Below, in pieces: positions 9,023 through 18,303 of a stretch of DNA of 64,000 bases. Origin of the DNA: an uncultured virus (IMG/VR IMGVR_UViG_3300037963_002079) (Duplodnaviria > Heunggongvirae > Uroviricota > Caudoviricetes); IMG/VR virus record IMGVR_UViG_3300037963_002079. One strand, 5' to 3'. The notes under the pieces are model-generated. The model did not search any database. It saw nothing but the letters and a program-made list of their open reading frames with translations, and had not been told where the DNA came from. Position 1 is the first letter of the stretch. Each line of letters starts with the position of its first letter. Made by a program: the position numbers and the translations under genes.

Positions 9023-9788
9023 TTACTACGAAGACAGGGAGTATGTATCTAACAGTATGTTAAGTAATATATCTGTATCTCCTGAGTATTTTAAACATAT
9101 GTATGACAATCAACAAAGTCCAACGCCTGCAATGAAACTAGGTAGTGCAATACATATGATGATATTAGAACCTATGAAGTTTACACAACACTATGCTATA
9201 CAACCTAAATTTGACAAACGTACAAAACAAGGTAAAATAGATAGTGCGGAGTTTGAAAAACAAAATCAATTTAAAACTATTATTAGTGAGTCAGATTATG
9301 CTTTGTGCGAACAAATATGTTTTACCGTTATGAGAGACGATACAGTTTCTAAGTTGTTACAAAACGGTGAAGCAGAAAAAATTATTACTTGGACTAATAA
9401 ATCATATAACGTTAAATGTAAGGGTATGTTAGACTATCATAGAGATAATATGATAATAGACATCAAAACAACTAAAGATTGTTCTTACAATGGTTTTATG
9501 AAGTCTATGAGACAATATAAATATCACAAACAAGCTGCGTTCTATATGGATGCTGTTAAAGCAGATAGATTCTTTATAATTGCTATAGAAAAAACTGCAC
9601 CATTTGCTATTAATATATTTGAACTAGGTGATGATATGATAGAGGATGGTCGTGATATGTACAATAGTGAATTAGAAATATACAAATATTGTATGGACAA
9701 TGATTATTGGCCTGGTACAGGTTATGACCCATTGAATAATAAATCAGAAAGAACAATACATATATTAAGTAATAACTATGAAATCTAA
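8979..9788 (+). CDS. PD-(D/E)XK exonuclease, RecE/DUF3799-like
   Basis: SNSML, MKLGSAIH, CKGMLD, IIDIKTT, YHKQAAFY. Confidence 0.9.
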   Translation: MKTIKLLKMSLTHHNYYEDREYVSNSMLSNISVSPEYFKHMYDNQQSPTPAMKLGSAIHMMILEPMKFTQHYAIQPKFDKRTKQGKIDSAEFEKQNQFKTIISESDYALCEQICFTVMRDDTVSKLLQNGEAEKIITWTNKSYNVKCKGMLDYHRDNMIIDIKTTKDCSYNGFMKSMRQYKYHKQAAFYMDAVKADRFFIIAIEKTAPFAINIFELGDDMIEDGRDMYNSELEIYKYCMDNDYWPGTGYDPLNNKSERTIHILSNNYEI

Positions 9789-10188
9789 ATCAGTATTATT
9801 CGAAGGCGGGGTAGAAAAAATATCTACCCTTGCCGACGGTTCATTAAGAGTACATATAGGTACACCTGAACTATCAGATGAAACTATGGTAAATTTATTT
9901 AAAATGAACAGAAAGACAGGATATGTATTACTATCACCATACCCTGTAAATAAAGACCAACAAGAAGCTGTAGAAAAAGCTAGTAGTTCTATAGAACACG
10001 AGTCTACAGAATTTGGTAACAAAACACCAAGTCAAAGACTAAGAAATGTATTGTATGTACATTGGGAACAAACACAACCAAAACAAATCAATCCTGATAA
10101 TGGACAATTAGAATTGGTTGAATTTGATTTATTTTACAAAAGACAATTAAATAAAATTGTAGAACATTATAAAACTAAACTAAACTAA
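9778..10188 (+). CDS. conserved phage protein
   Basis: STLADGSLR...TPE and KTPSQRLRNVLY motifs. Confidence 0.65.
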   Translation: MKSKSVLFEGGVEKISTLADGSLRVHIGTPELSDETMVNLFKMNRKTGYVLLSPYPVNKDQQEAVEKASSSIEHESTEFGNKTPSQRLRNVLYVHWEQTQPKQINPDNGQLELVEFDLFYKRQLNKIVEHYKTKLN

Positions 10189-10442
10189 TGAAAAAGAAAG
10201 ATTTATTACAAGATTGGGAGATAGTTCAACAAGAATACTACGAACAATTTAATCGTTCAGAATTAGAAGAACTTTGGGGAGAATGGTTTGGAATGAATGA
10301 AGAAATTCCTGAACCATACCAAAACAAAGATGACTTAATTAAAGAACTTATTGAAGATGAGTTAAGACACAGAAAAGAAGATACTATTGAAGAACTTAAA
10401 GAAACAATAAATTATATAGAAAAATTAAATTTTATTAAATAA
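10188..10442 (+). CDS. hypothetical acidic protein
   Basis: 84-aa ORF with TAATG coupling. Confidence 0.6.
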   Translation: MKKKDLLQDWEIVQQEYYEQFNRSELEELWGEWFGMNEEIPEPYQNKDDLIKELIEDELRHRKEDTIEELKETINYIEKLNFIK

Positions 10443-10565
10443 ATGGCAGTAAAAAACTTTATATTTAAGGGTAATGGTAGAAAAAAACGCCCAGGGGTAC
10501 ATTCAAAAAACGCTAGTAAAAGTCAAACTAAATTTAAAAAAAAATATCGTGGACAAGGTAGATAA
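10443..10565 (+). CDS. small basic peptide ending KKKYRGQGR (40 aa, not in ORF track)
   Basis: MAVKNFIFKGNGRKKRPGVHSKNASKSQTKFKKKYRGQGR*; starts right after the upstream stop. Confidence 0.7.
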   Translation: MAVKNFIFKGNGRKKRPGVHSKNASKSQTKFKKKYRGQGR

Positions 10566-10872
10566 AAAACACAACAAGTATTATTATGAATTTGATAGAA
10601 ATTTAGATAATGCAAAACAAAGTAATACAAACCAGTATAATGGTAAAACAAGAACAGGTGGTTTACAAAGTGACCATAGAATACCAAAATACTATAAAGG
10701 TAAAGAAGGTTATGAAGCTAGAAAAGTATGTGATAATTTTGATTTGTCTTATCATTGCGGTACAGCTGTAACATACATTTTGCGAGCTTATAAAAAACAT
10801 GATACACCAATTAATTGTATTGAAAAAGCTATAGCTCACTTAGAGTTTGAATTAGAAAAACTAAAACAATGA
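10549..10872 (+). CDS. DUF3310 family protein (related to T7 gp1.7)
   Basis: PKYYKG...EARKV...GTAVTYILRAYKK...IEKAIAHL; in-frame GTG at 10549 preferred over 10474. Confidence 0.7.
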   Translation: MDKVDKKHNKYYYEFDRNLDNAKQSNTNQYNGKTRTGGLQSDHRIPKYYKGKEGYEARKVCDNFDLSYHCGTAVTYILRAYKKHDTPINCIEKAIAHLEFELEKLKQ

Positions 10873-10970
10873 TAGCAATAATAACATTTGTAACAGGATT
10901 TGTGTCAGGTATGTATGTATCTACACAAATAGAAAAAGAAATAGATAAAAATATAAATAACAATGATTAG
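10869..10970 (+). CDS. small single-TM peptide (33 aa)
   Basis: MIAIITFVTGFVSGMYVSTQIEKE...; overlaps both neighbours. Confidence 0.5.
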   Translation: MIAIITFVTGFVSGMYVSTQIEKEIDKNINNND

Positions 10971-11781
10971 TTATATAGGTGGTAAAAGTCGTATGGCTAA
11001 ATGGATAAACCAATATATACCAGAAGACATAGAAAACTATGTTGAAGTATTTGGAGGAGCATTCTGGGTATATATAAAGAACAACATACATCAATTACCA
11101 AATATTAATAAAATCGTTTACAATGACGTAAATAGATATATGGTTAATTTATTCCAATGTTGTACAGAACCACATTTTTTCTTAAAACATATTATAGAAA
11201 GTGGTATTAAATCACAAGACAAAGAATTGTTTTACAAATATCAAGAAGAAATCAAAAATACTTGTAACCTTGGATTTAGTGATTATTCATTTGATATGGC
11301 TATGAAATACGCATACATAGCTACACAGGTCTTTAGTGGTAGTAAAATCATGAAATCTAAATTTATAGATTTAAAAGGTAAATATACAAGTAAATTTGAT
11401 ACATTTGTCAAAAAATTAAATGACCCAGATATAATGCAAAAACTACATGCAATAACTGATTGTACTAATTATGACTATACAGAATGTATAGCAAAGTATG
11501 ACACGAACAAAACTTTTTTCTATTTAGACCCACCATATTACAAAACAGAAAACTATTATAGTAATCATGATTTTGATTCTATGGACCATGAAAATTTGTC
11601 TGTGTGGTTAAAAAATATACATGGTAAATTTGCACTATCATATTATTATTTTGAAGGTTTAGAAGAAATGTACCCACAGAAAGATTTTAGATGGGTTGCA
11701 AAAGAATTTACTAAAGCTGCAGGTGCAACTAAAGGTAAAAAACAAAACAAAGGTGAAGAACTCTTAATAATGAACTACTAA
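10963..11781 (+). CDS. DNA adenine methyltransferase, Dam/D12 class
   Basis: YIGGKS, YVEVFGG, YND, YLDPPY, ELLIMNY. Confidence 0.92.
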   Translation: MISYIGGKSRMAKWINQYIPEDIENYVEVFGGAFWVYIKNNIHQLPNINKIVYNDVNRYMVNLFQCCTEPHFFLKHIIESGIKSQDKELFYKYQEEIKNTCNLGFSDYSFDMAMKYAYIATQVFSGSKIMKSKFIDLKGKYTSKFDTFVKKLNDPDIMQKLHAITDCTNYDYTECIAKYDTNKTFFYLDPPYYKTENYYSNHDFDSMDHENLSVWLKNIHGKFALSYYYFEGLEEMYPQKDFRWVAKEFTKAAGATKGKKQNKGEELLIMNY

Positions 11782-11873
11782 TGACTGAAGTATTTTACGT
11801 ATTTTGTGCAATTGGATTTATCATGATTGGATTTGCCTGGGGTTTTGATGAAGGAAGAAAAGAAAATAAATAA
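11781..11873 (+). CDS. small single-TM peptide (30 aa)
   Basis: MTEVFYVFCAIGFIMIGFAWGFDEGRKENK*; TAATG coupling. Confidence 0.5.
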   Translation: MTEVFYVFCAIGFIMIGFAWGFDEGRKENK

Positions 11874-11883
11874 GTTGTTTGTC

Positions 11884-11962
11884 AACAGGCGGGGTTAGTA
11901 ATATTTAATAATAACACTGCTGTTATACTTTGGGGTAATTACATTTCCTCGCCTGTTTTTTT
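11884..11962 (+). terminator. long nested hairpin plus T7 (terminator or small structured RNA)
   Basis: aacaggcgggg pairs with cctcgcctgtt; two inner stems. Confidence 0.5.
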
Positions 11963-11966
11963 AATT

Positions 11967-12296
11967 ATGGATAATATACAATTAGGAGAAATAGTGTTTT
12001 GTGATATTACGTACCAATGGCAACGTAAATTTAGAAACAGAACAAAAACTGAAACAAAAACATTGTACAATGTAGTATTTGGAATTGAGTACGATGATAC
12101 ATACCCACATTTAGATTATATAACACATAAAAGAGATATACATAAAATAAACCCTAAAAAACCTCTAGAACAAGATGTTGTGGTTATTGGTTTAAAGATA
12201 CATGCTCGTGTTGGATTTAAAAATAGAACAAAAGAATACACTGAAGTTCAACGTAATGAACAAATTAGAGATAACATAACTGGAGCTTATATCTAA
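11967..12296 (+). CDS. hypothetical protein, last gene of the + arm
   Basis: 109-aa ORF; its stop overlaps the stop of the convergent gene. Confidence 0.6.
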   Translation: MDNIQLGEIVFCDITYQWQRKFRNRTKTETKTLYNVVFGIEYDDTYPHLDYITHKRDIHKINPKKPLEQDVVVIGLKIHARVGFKNRTKEYTEVQRNEQIRDNITGAYI

Positions 12297-13576
12297 TTAA
12301 TTTCTACATTATAATTAAGTATACCTTGTAAACCGTTTATTCTATGGTAAAGAAAAGCTTGTGCTTTCTTAATATTACCTATGTAACCTTTACTATCGTG
12401 CCAATAGTCTGTAGCAGACATAGACGATAGATTACGAACTGTAATGCCTTGCAGTTCTTCAATTGCTTGTAGTTTTGTGGACTTGTTAGTGTGTAAATGA
12501 CCTCTATGTACTTCAACATAGTCTACATCACTCCAAGCGTTTTTATATCGTTGTGATATAATACCTGGTAAATCGTTTGTTTTAGGCCCATCACCATGGT
12601 CTGATACAACCATATTTTTACCATATACTAACATCTTCATTAAACTATCACCATTGTCTACTTTAACATCTTTATGATTTTCAAAATACAGTTCTAATGT
12701 ATCACCTAAATGCATCATAGATTCTCTATCATGATTACCTGGTATAATCATAACATGTACAGGGGCTACTTCTGCTAAATAGTTTATAACTTTTATTAAT
12801 AACTTCCTACCTGCTCTATACATGTCTATATGATAGTCACTATTAAACTGTGGTGTACCTTTTGTAGTAGCTGGTATAGGCCAGTCACCATCTGCATTTA
12901 AAAAGTCATGACCCGCAATAAACAATATTTTATCTATATAATAACCCTGTGCTCTATATAATAAGTGTTCTACTGCATTTACTAATCTTTCTTCAGCGAT
13001 TTTTAAATCGTATTTGTCACCTTTAATACCTATTTTACCTAAATGTAAATCAAACGCAGATATTTCTAATAGATATTTATCTTTTTTATCATTTCTATTC
13101 CTTTCTTTTTTTGCCACTAAAGGTGATATATCTGATAAATCTTCTTTAATTTGTTCTTTAATTAACTTTACATTGAACTCTTCTTGTACAGGTTTAAGAA
13201 ACGCTTTACTTCTATACATAGTAATAGTAACAGGATTACGTTCTTTGTCAAAACCTGTTACCTCATAAGTACCTATATCATATTTCTCTACATACCATTT
13301 ATCCAAATCAACTTTACATTGTATAAGTAAATCTTCTAAAGATTTTACACGTGTACAGTTTTCTGCTGTAGCTATAGCTTGTTGTTTTGATTCTTGGAAA
13401 TTATATACCTCTTTTTCTTTCGGCATATTATCAGGATTCTTTTCTCTTATTCTTCTCGCTATAGCTCTTATTTGTTCGTAATTAGTCCCAAATTTTTTTG
13501 CAGTATCTGCATATTTACTAGTCAAAAGATGAGGATTGTCTGTGAGATATTTCTTTATTTTATCAACTAAATTCAT
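12293..13576 (-). CDS. calcineurin-like metallophosphoesterase with N-terminal HTH-like region
   Basis: DLHLG, GHD, GNHD, HGD and GHLH metal-binding motifs. Confidence 0.88.
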   Translation of the reverse strand: MNLVDKIKKYLTDNPHLLTSKYADTAKKFGTNYEQIRAIARRIREKNPDNMPKEKEVYNFQESKQQAIATAENCTRVKSLEDLLIQCKVDLDKWYVEKYDIGTYEVTGFDKERNPVTITMYRSKAFLKPVQEEFNVKLIKEQIKEDLSDISPLVAKKERNRNDKKDKYLLEISAFDLHLGKIGIKGDKYDLKIAEERLVNAVEHLLYRAQGYYIDKILFIAGHDFLNADGDWPIPATTKGTPQFNSDYHIDMYRAGRKLLIKVINYLAEVAPVHVMIIPGNHDRESMMHLGDTLELYFENHKDVKVDNGDSLMKMLVYGKNMVVSDHGDGPKTNDLPGIISQRYKNAWSDVDYVEVHRGHLHTNKSTKLQAIEELQGITVRNLSSMSATDYWHDSKGYIGNIKKAQAFLYHRINGLQGILNYNVEIN

Positions 13577-13665
13577 AAATTTATAGGTTTTTGTTATATG
13601 TCTATAAAATTATTTTTTAAATGACTGAAAAAGAAATGATTAAAAAAAAGTTATTAACAAAGTTA

Positions 13666-14208
13666 TTAACGTGTAGTTGTATATGTTACAGCAAACTGGT
13701 CTTCTGTTCTTATTATAAAATATACAGTTTTGTTTACATTGTTAAACACACTAATTTCTGTTGTACTCCTTGCATTTTCTATTTGTGATTTTAAAGACAC
13801 AGTCCCAGCAGCTGCTACTGTAGCTCTAAACAATGGTGCAATTAATGCATCTACAACTACAGTGTCACCAGCAAAAGTTATTGATTCTGGATTTGTATGT
13901 GTCCATCCGAACTCTACCACAGCATTACCACTGCTCATATTGTACATTATAACATCTATCAAAGATTGATTTTGATTAATTGATGTTAGTGTTTGTACAG
14001 TACTTGACGTGGGTGTAATTAAGGATTCTACAAAATTATTGTTATTTGAAACAGAAATGACCTCTGACTTTTGTTTGTCAGTGGCCATCTGTCTATTTCG
14101 TTGTGTGACGTTAGTTACTACGTTACCAGTTTGTCTAGGTTCGTAGGTTTTTGTTTTATCTACGTTAACTAACTTTTTATACCTATCCTTGTCTTTAATT
14201 AAAGGCAT
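13666..14208 (-). CDS. hypothetical, probable virion protein
   Basis: 180-aa T/S/V-rich ORF in the late operon. Confidence 0.55.
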   Translation of the reverse strand: MPLIKDKDRYKKLVNVDKTKTYEPRQTGNVVTNVTQRNRQMATDKQKSEVISVSNNNNFVESLITPTSSTVQTLTSINQNQSLIDVIMYNMSSGNAVVEFGWTHTNPESITFAGDTVVVDALIAPLFRATVAAAGTVSLKSQIENARSTTEISVFNNVNKTVYFIIRTEDQFAVTYTTTR

Positions 14209-14216
14209 ACTATGTA

Positions 14217-14645
14217 TTAGTCGTCAGAACTTATACCTGTATCTGGACCATCACATATAAGGTATTGTACTTTTTGTGCAGCTGTTGTAGCAGCAAGGTC
14301 TAAATTTGCAGAACCATCTCCAGCTCCATCAACATGTATAGGTGAAAAGAAACATTCACCTGGTTTTAAATCTGCTATAACATCTCCATCTGGTTTAACT
14401 GCAACAGGATAATCTGTATCTACGTTTTTAATAAATGTATATATTAAGTCTTTATTGTGACTAGCTAAATTAATTGTAGTATCACTTGTACCATTTGTTA
14501 ATATTTCTCCTGTAGATATTAAAGCTGAATCTACAGTAGTGCTTGCCGTCGTAAAACTAGGTGAAAATGTAAATACTGTATTTCCATCTGAATCAACTAA
14601 TGATAAACTAGCTGAAACTGTTACTGATAATGATTGTGTTGCCAT
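14217..14645 (-). CDS. small beta-rich virion protein (paralog of 14661-15050)
   Basis: FIKNVD...LKPGECF motif. Confidence 0.6.
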   Translation of the reverse strand: MATQSLSVTVSASLSLVDSDGNTVFTFSPSFTTASTTVDSALISTGEILTNGTSDTTINLASHNKDLIYTFIKNVDTDYPVAVKPDGDVIADLKPGECFFSPIHVDGAGDGSANLDLAATTAAQKVQYLICDGPDTGISSDD

Positions 14646-14660
14646 ATTTAAATATTTTTA

Positions 14661-15050
14661 TTATGCGTTTGCGTCTATTTCTACTGCAGCATATTCAATT
14701 GTTACTGTAGCTGTATCTGCTTTTGCTGTTGTTGTTCCTGTTCCTCTTATAATTGTACATAAAAATTCACCTGGTCTTAATATACCAATTAAATCATTAG
14801 CACTTGAAGCTCCGTCATATATTTTTACAAAATTAGTATCATCTAAATTTTTAACATATATTACCCTACCACTACCTGGGGCTGCCATTACTGTTGAGTC
14901 ACCATCATGAGCTACATCTATTCTACCTGTAGCTATTTGGTCTACACCTGTAATATTTAATGTATATGAACCACTCTGTGACTGACTGTATCCAGTAGAT
15001 GAGTTGGCTGTCATATTTATATTTGCGTTAAATGTATAATTTTTAGGCAT
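14661..15050 (-). CDS. small beta-rich virion protein
   Basis: YVKNLD...LRPGEFL motif. Confidence 0.6.
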   Translation of the reverse strand: MPKNYTFNANINMTANSSTGYSQSQSGSYTLNITGVDQIATGRIDVAHDGDSTVMAAPGSGRVIYVKNLDDTNFVKIYDGASSANDLIGILRPGEFLCTIIRGTGTTTAKADTATVTIEYAAVEIDANA

Positions 15051-15065
15051 TTTTTTAATTTTTTA

Positions 15066-15073
15066 CAAAGTTA
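15066..15073 (-). promoter_or_regulatory. TAnnTTTG -7 promoter element
   Basis: TAACTTTG on the - strand just upstream of the ATG at 15050. Confidence 0.6.
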
Positions 15074-15337
15074 AGAATTTTTATTATTATATATACTATC
15101 TTTTATTTTTTTTATATCTGCACACTTCTCGTATTCTTCAGTAGTTATAAAGTGATTTATTATATCATCATATATTTCTTCTTTAATTTCATCATTCTTA
15201 GAATATGGTATAAATGGTAATGCACAACCATTATAATCCAACAAATCATCTACAACTAATCTTCCCATAATAATATAATATGCATTTTTATACATGTCAT
15301 TAAAAATTACACCCTTTTGATTTGTCTTTTTTTTCAT
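15071..15337 (-). CDS. hypothetical protein with UVR-like C-terminal motif
   Basis: EEYEKCADIK resembles the UvrB/UvrC (UVR) motif. Confidence 0.55.
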   Translation of the reverse strand: MKKKTNQKGVIFNDMYKNAYYIIMGRLVVDDLLDYNGCALPFIPYSKNDEIKEEIYDDIINHFITTEEYEKCADIKKIKDSIYNNKNS

Positions 15338-15350
15338 GTATAAAATTATT

Positions 15351-15845
15351 TTATTTATTTTTTAAATAATCCTCTATATCTTTAATATACTTAGTTCTAC
15401 CATTTTTTTTGATAGCAATTACTTCTTGTTTTCTATTTGGTCTATGTGATACCCAGCTAATATGTACCCAGTTAGGGTTACCATCAGGATACTCACCACC
15501 AAACTCCCATACCATTTGGTCAAATTCTAGATTATCTTTTATATAATGATACATTTCTGCGTTTGTTTTATGTCCAAACGTGTCATCTATATCTATAGCT
15601 TGACCTTTCATGTGTTGTGAATGTTTACTACCGCCTATAGCTGTATTTACAGGTTCCCCCCTAAAAAAACTATTTACTTTTATAGGTCCACCAACCCACT
15701 TACGTAATGGTTCAAACAGATTTTCTGCTACTTCTGCCATACATTTTAATTGTTTAGGATTCGGTGTATTGTCTAAATTTAATCTTTCACCAGTTCTACT
15801 GTACGTAGCCTCGTGATATGTTATGTGGTCGCTTATTTTTGCCAT
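15351..15845 (-). CDS. endolysin, peptidase M15 family
   Basis: SFFR...NTAIGGS, SQHMKGQAID, WVHIS zinc-peptidase motifs. Confidence 0.9.
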   Translation of the reverse strand: MAKISDHITYHEATYSRTGERLNLDNTPNPKQLKCMAEVAENLFEPLRKWVGGPIKVNSFFRGEPVNTAIGGSKHSQHMKGQAIDIDDTFGHKTNAEMYHYIKDNLEFDQMVWEFGGEYPDGNPNWVHISWVSHRPNRKQEVIAIKKNGRTKYIKDIEDYLKNK

Positions 15846-16180
15846 TAGTCTAGTTGTGGTCTCATTGATGAATAATTATTTTTTCTAGGCATTGCACATC
15901 CATGTGCACAATTCCATTTTCTTAATGCTTTATTAATTCTTGAATTAGGGTCTCTAGCTGTTTTTGCAGATGTTAATCTTTTTTTCATACCCTTCATACG
16001 TGCACAAAAAGATTTTCTACGTTTTGCAGCTTTAGAACCTTTTTTTAGTTTAGAAGGTTTAGTTGTTACAGGTGCTTTTATATTTTGTCCTTTAGCTCTT
16101 AATGATGCACGACCTTTTGCGTTCAAACCACCTGAAGGATTTTTACCTTCTTTTCTTTGCCAAGCTGGTGTTTTTGCCAT
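15845..16180 (-). CDS. small basic phage protein (DUF6321-like) ending QLD
   Basis: PAWQRKEGKNPSGGLNAKGR...RRKSFCARM...ALRKWNC. Confidence 0.7.
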   Translation of the reverse strand: MAKTPAWQRKEGKNPSGGLNAKGRASLRAKGQNIKAPVTTKPSKLKKGSKAAKRRKSFCARMKGMKKRLTSAKTARDPNSRINKALRKWNCAHGCAMPRKNNYSSMRPQLD

Positions 16181-16183
16181 AAT

Positions 16184-16609
16184 TTATTTTTTTACAGGTT
16201 CACTTTTCTTACTACTACCACCAAAGAAAAAGTCTATTATCGTATTAACTTTAGATGACATAGCACCAAAAATTGTAGATATAAAACTTATTTCAAACTC
16301 ACCTAAGTCTATTGATTTAGTTACAAAATAACTAAACATTACAAATGTAATACCAAAGTATGCTACCGTAAACAATGTTGCAAGAATTTTTTGTATCATT
16401 GCATCATCTTTATACATATCACGTGCAGACTTTCTATCTTCTACTTCTTTAGCAAAAGCATCTTTTTCTGCTTCTAATAGTACTTTCTGTATAGCTAACT
16501 TAGCTGCGTCTTTTTCTTCCTGTGTAGTTATTACCTCGTCTAATACGTTACCGACAGAATTAATTATCTTGTCAGCACTCCCTGTAAATATTTTTGTAAA
16601 GATACTCAT
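16184..16609 (-). CDS. putative holin
   Basis: Two TM segments after DRKSAR, FFFGGS end motif, located near the endolysin. Confidence 0.7.
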   Translation of the reverse strand: MSIFTKIFTGSADKIINSVGNVLDEVITTQEEKDAAKLAIQKVLLEAEKDAFAKEVEDRKSARDMYKDDAMIQKILATLFTVAYFGITFVMFSYFVTKSIDLGEFEISFISTIFGAMSSKVNTIIDFFFGGSSKKSEPVKK

Positions 16610-16625
16610 AATTTTTTAATTTTTA

Positions 16626-18017
16626 TTAATATACAAAATTTCTATCTGTTGTTGTAAATCTCCCAGGCCTCGTGTTATATATTGTCATTTCATTCAAACC
16701 ACCTTGTGGATTATATATTACTTCTTTTGTTCTTTTTACATTAAATCTACCAGGGTCAAATACATTTGCATATGGTGGTAATAATGGTATTGGTGTTTCA
16801 AATGACGCTCCATAGGGATATCCAAATGACCTTAAATTTTTATCTAAACCACCTTTATATACATATTGTCCTATATCTTTAAAAATATTACCACTATAAT
16901 CTGGAGCTCCTTTATCATCACCTCCTATAGTATATCTACCTGTAAAAGGAATTAGTGGATGTATTTTGGAAAGTCTTTGATTACTATATCGTTGATTACT
17001 ATATTGACTGCCGTATACTCCCATATCTATTATATTTTTTTGGCCTCTATTTGTAGAAACTCCTAAAATAGGTATATTTAAACTACCTCCATAATTCGTA
17101 ACTGTAACATCGTCCCTACCACTTGGACTGTCTCCTTGTGCTGCATAATCTTCAAAACCTGGAAATATAGTATTTAAAAATTTATTTTTAGTAAACCTAC
17201 CTTTAATAGGTAGATTTAAATAACTTTGTTCAGAACCACTAGCAGGAAAAAGTGTACCAAATCCTGCCATTCCACCCAAAGTCATTCCTAATACTGTATT
17301 AAAAGGACTACTACCTCCTCTTTTTTTTGTCCCTTCAAGTCCATACGTAATATTAGGATTTAATCTTCCTCTAGTAAATAACGAAAAACCATCAGACGGA
17401 TTAACATTTGTTCTTGTAACATCTGTATAATCACCACCTGCTATTGGACCATACTCTCCACCTAATTGCATACCTCTTTTAGTAAAACTTACTAATCTAT
17501 TTATTAAGTCTGGAGCTTGACCAATAACAGGTACATGTAATCTATATGGTTCTGTATCAGGGTCTAATATTTTTTTATAACCCTTACTAGATAATGGACT
17601 TTGAAACCCTTTTTTTCTTAATCTATTAAACCTTCTAACATCTCTTGTACTATAATCTCCTTGATAATTAAAATCTTCTGTAAATCTTCTTTTTCTTGTA
17701 CGTTGTAATGGAGTTTCTTTTACTTTAATTGTCGCTCCTAATTCATTAGGTTTATACTTAACAGTTTGTTGTTTAGCTAATGGTCTGTATTCACCTTTTT
17801 TCTTACCTTTTTTATAAGTAGGTCTGACTACAGGTCCTGTAAAAGTTATTCTACCATCTCTTCCTAATTTTGCCTCAGGTGGTCCAAACTCACCAAAATC
17901 ATATTGAAATGGTATATTTTTCATCATACCAAATTCAACAGGAAACTGATACCTTCTATCTGGTCCTGGTCCTAAACCTTCTCCTGAAGTTGTTAATGTA
18001 TATGGTCCATTACTCAT
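16626..18017 (-). CDS. hypothetical Gly-rich protein, possible virion cargo
   Basis: Long ORF; start moved to MSNGPY at 18017, next to the upstream stop. Confidence 0.6.
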   Translation of the reverse strand: MSNGPYTLTTSGEGLGPGPDRRYQFPVEFGMMKNIPFQYDFGEFGPPEAKLGRDGRITFTGPVVRPTYKKGKKKGEYRPLAKQQTVKYKPNELGATIKVKETPLQRTRKRRFTEDFNYQGDYSTRDVRRFNRLRKKGFQSPLSSKGYKKILDPDTEPYRLHVPVIGQAPDLINRLVSFTKRGMQLGGEYGPIAGGDYTDVTRTNVNPSDGFSLFTRGRLNPNITYGLEGTKKRGGSSPFNTVLGMTLGGMAGFGTLFPASGSEQSYLNLPIKGRFTKNKFLNTIFPGFEDYAAQGDSPSGRDDVTVTNYGGSLNIPILGVSTNRGQKNIIDMGVYGSQYSNQRYSNQRLSKIHPLIPFTGRYTIGGDDKGAPDYSGNIFKDIGQYVYKGGLDKNLRSFGYPYGASFETPIPLLPPYANVFDPGRFNVKRTKEVIYNPQGGLNEMTIYNTRPGRFTTTDRNFVY

Positions 18018-18018
18018 A

Positions 18019-18303
18019 TTAATATCCTCCTTTTTCACCACCACCAAAAGACGGAGCTCCTTGTGAACCACTACTTGAACTACCTTCTGGTGTACTACTA
18101 CTACCTGTACTAATAAAATTACTTGTCATACTACCCTGTGAACCTGAAGCGGCTTGACCATGTGTTGGCCCTGCCATATATCCAACAACACCATTTATAT
18201 TGTGTGTATGGTATCCAACTAATCCATTGGTATTACCATACTGTAAAGCTTCTATTGGTGTTTCAAACACTGGTATATTATCTACATATCCTATTATTGC
18301 CAT
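18019..18303 (-). CDS. hypothetical protein with Ser/Gly-rich tail
   Basis: GYHTH...YMAG core and low-complexity tail ending GGY. Confidence 0.6.
   Translation of the reverse strand: MAIIGYVDNIPVFETPIEALQYGNTNGLVGYHTHNINGVVGYMAGPTHGQAASGSQGSMTSNFISTGSSSTPEGSSSSGSQGAPSFGGGEKGGY

Noticed and set aside
11884..11962. tRNA gene
   Set aside because: No TTC T-loop or D-loop consensus; stems are nested rather than cloverleaf
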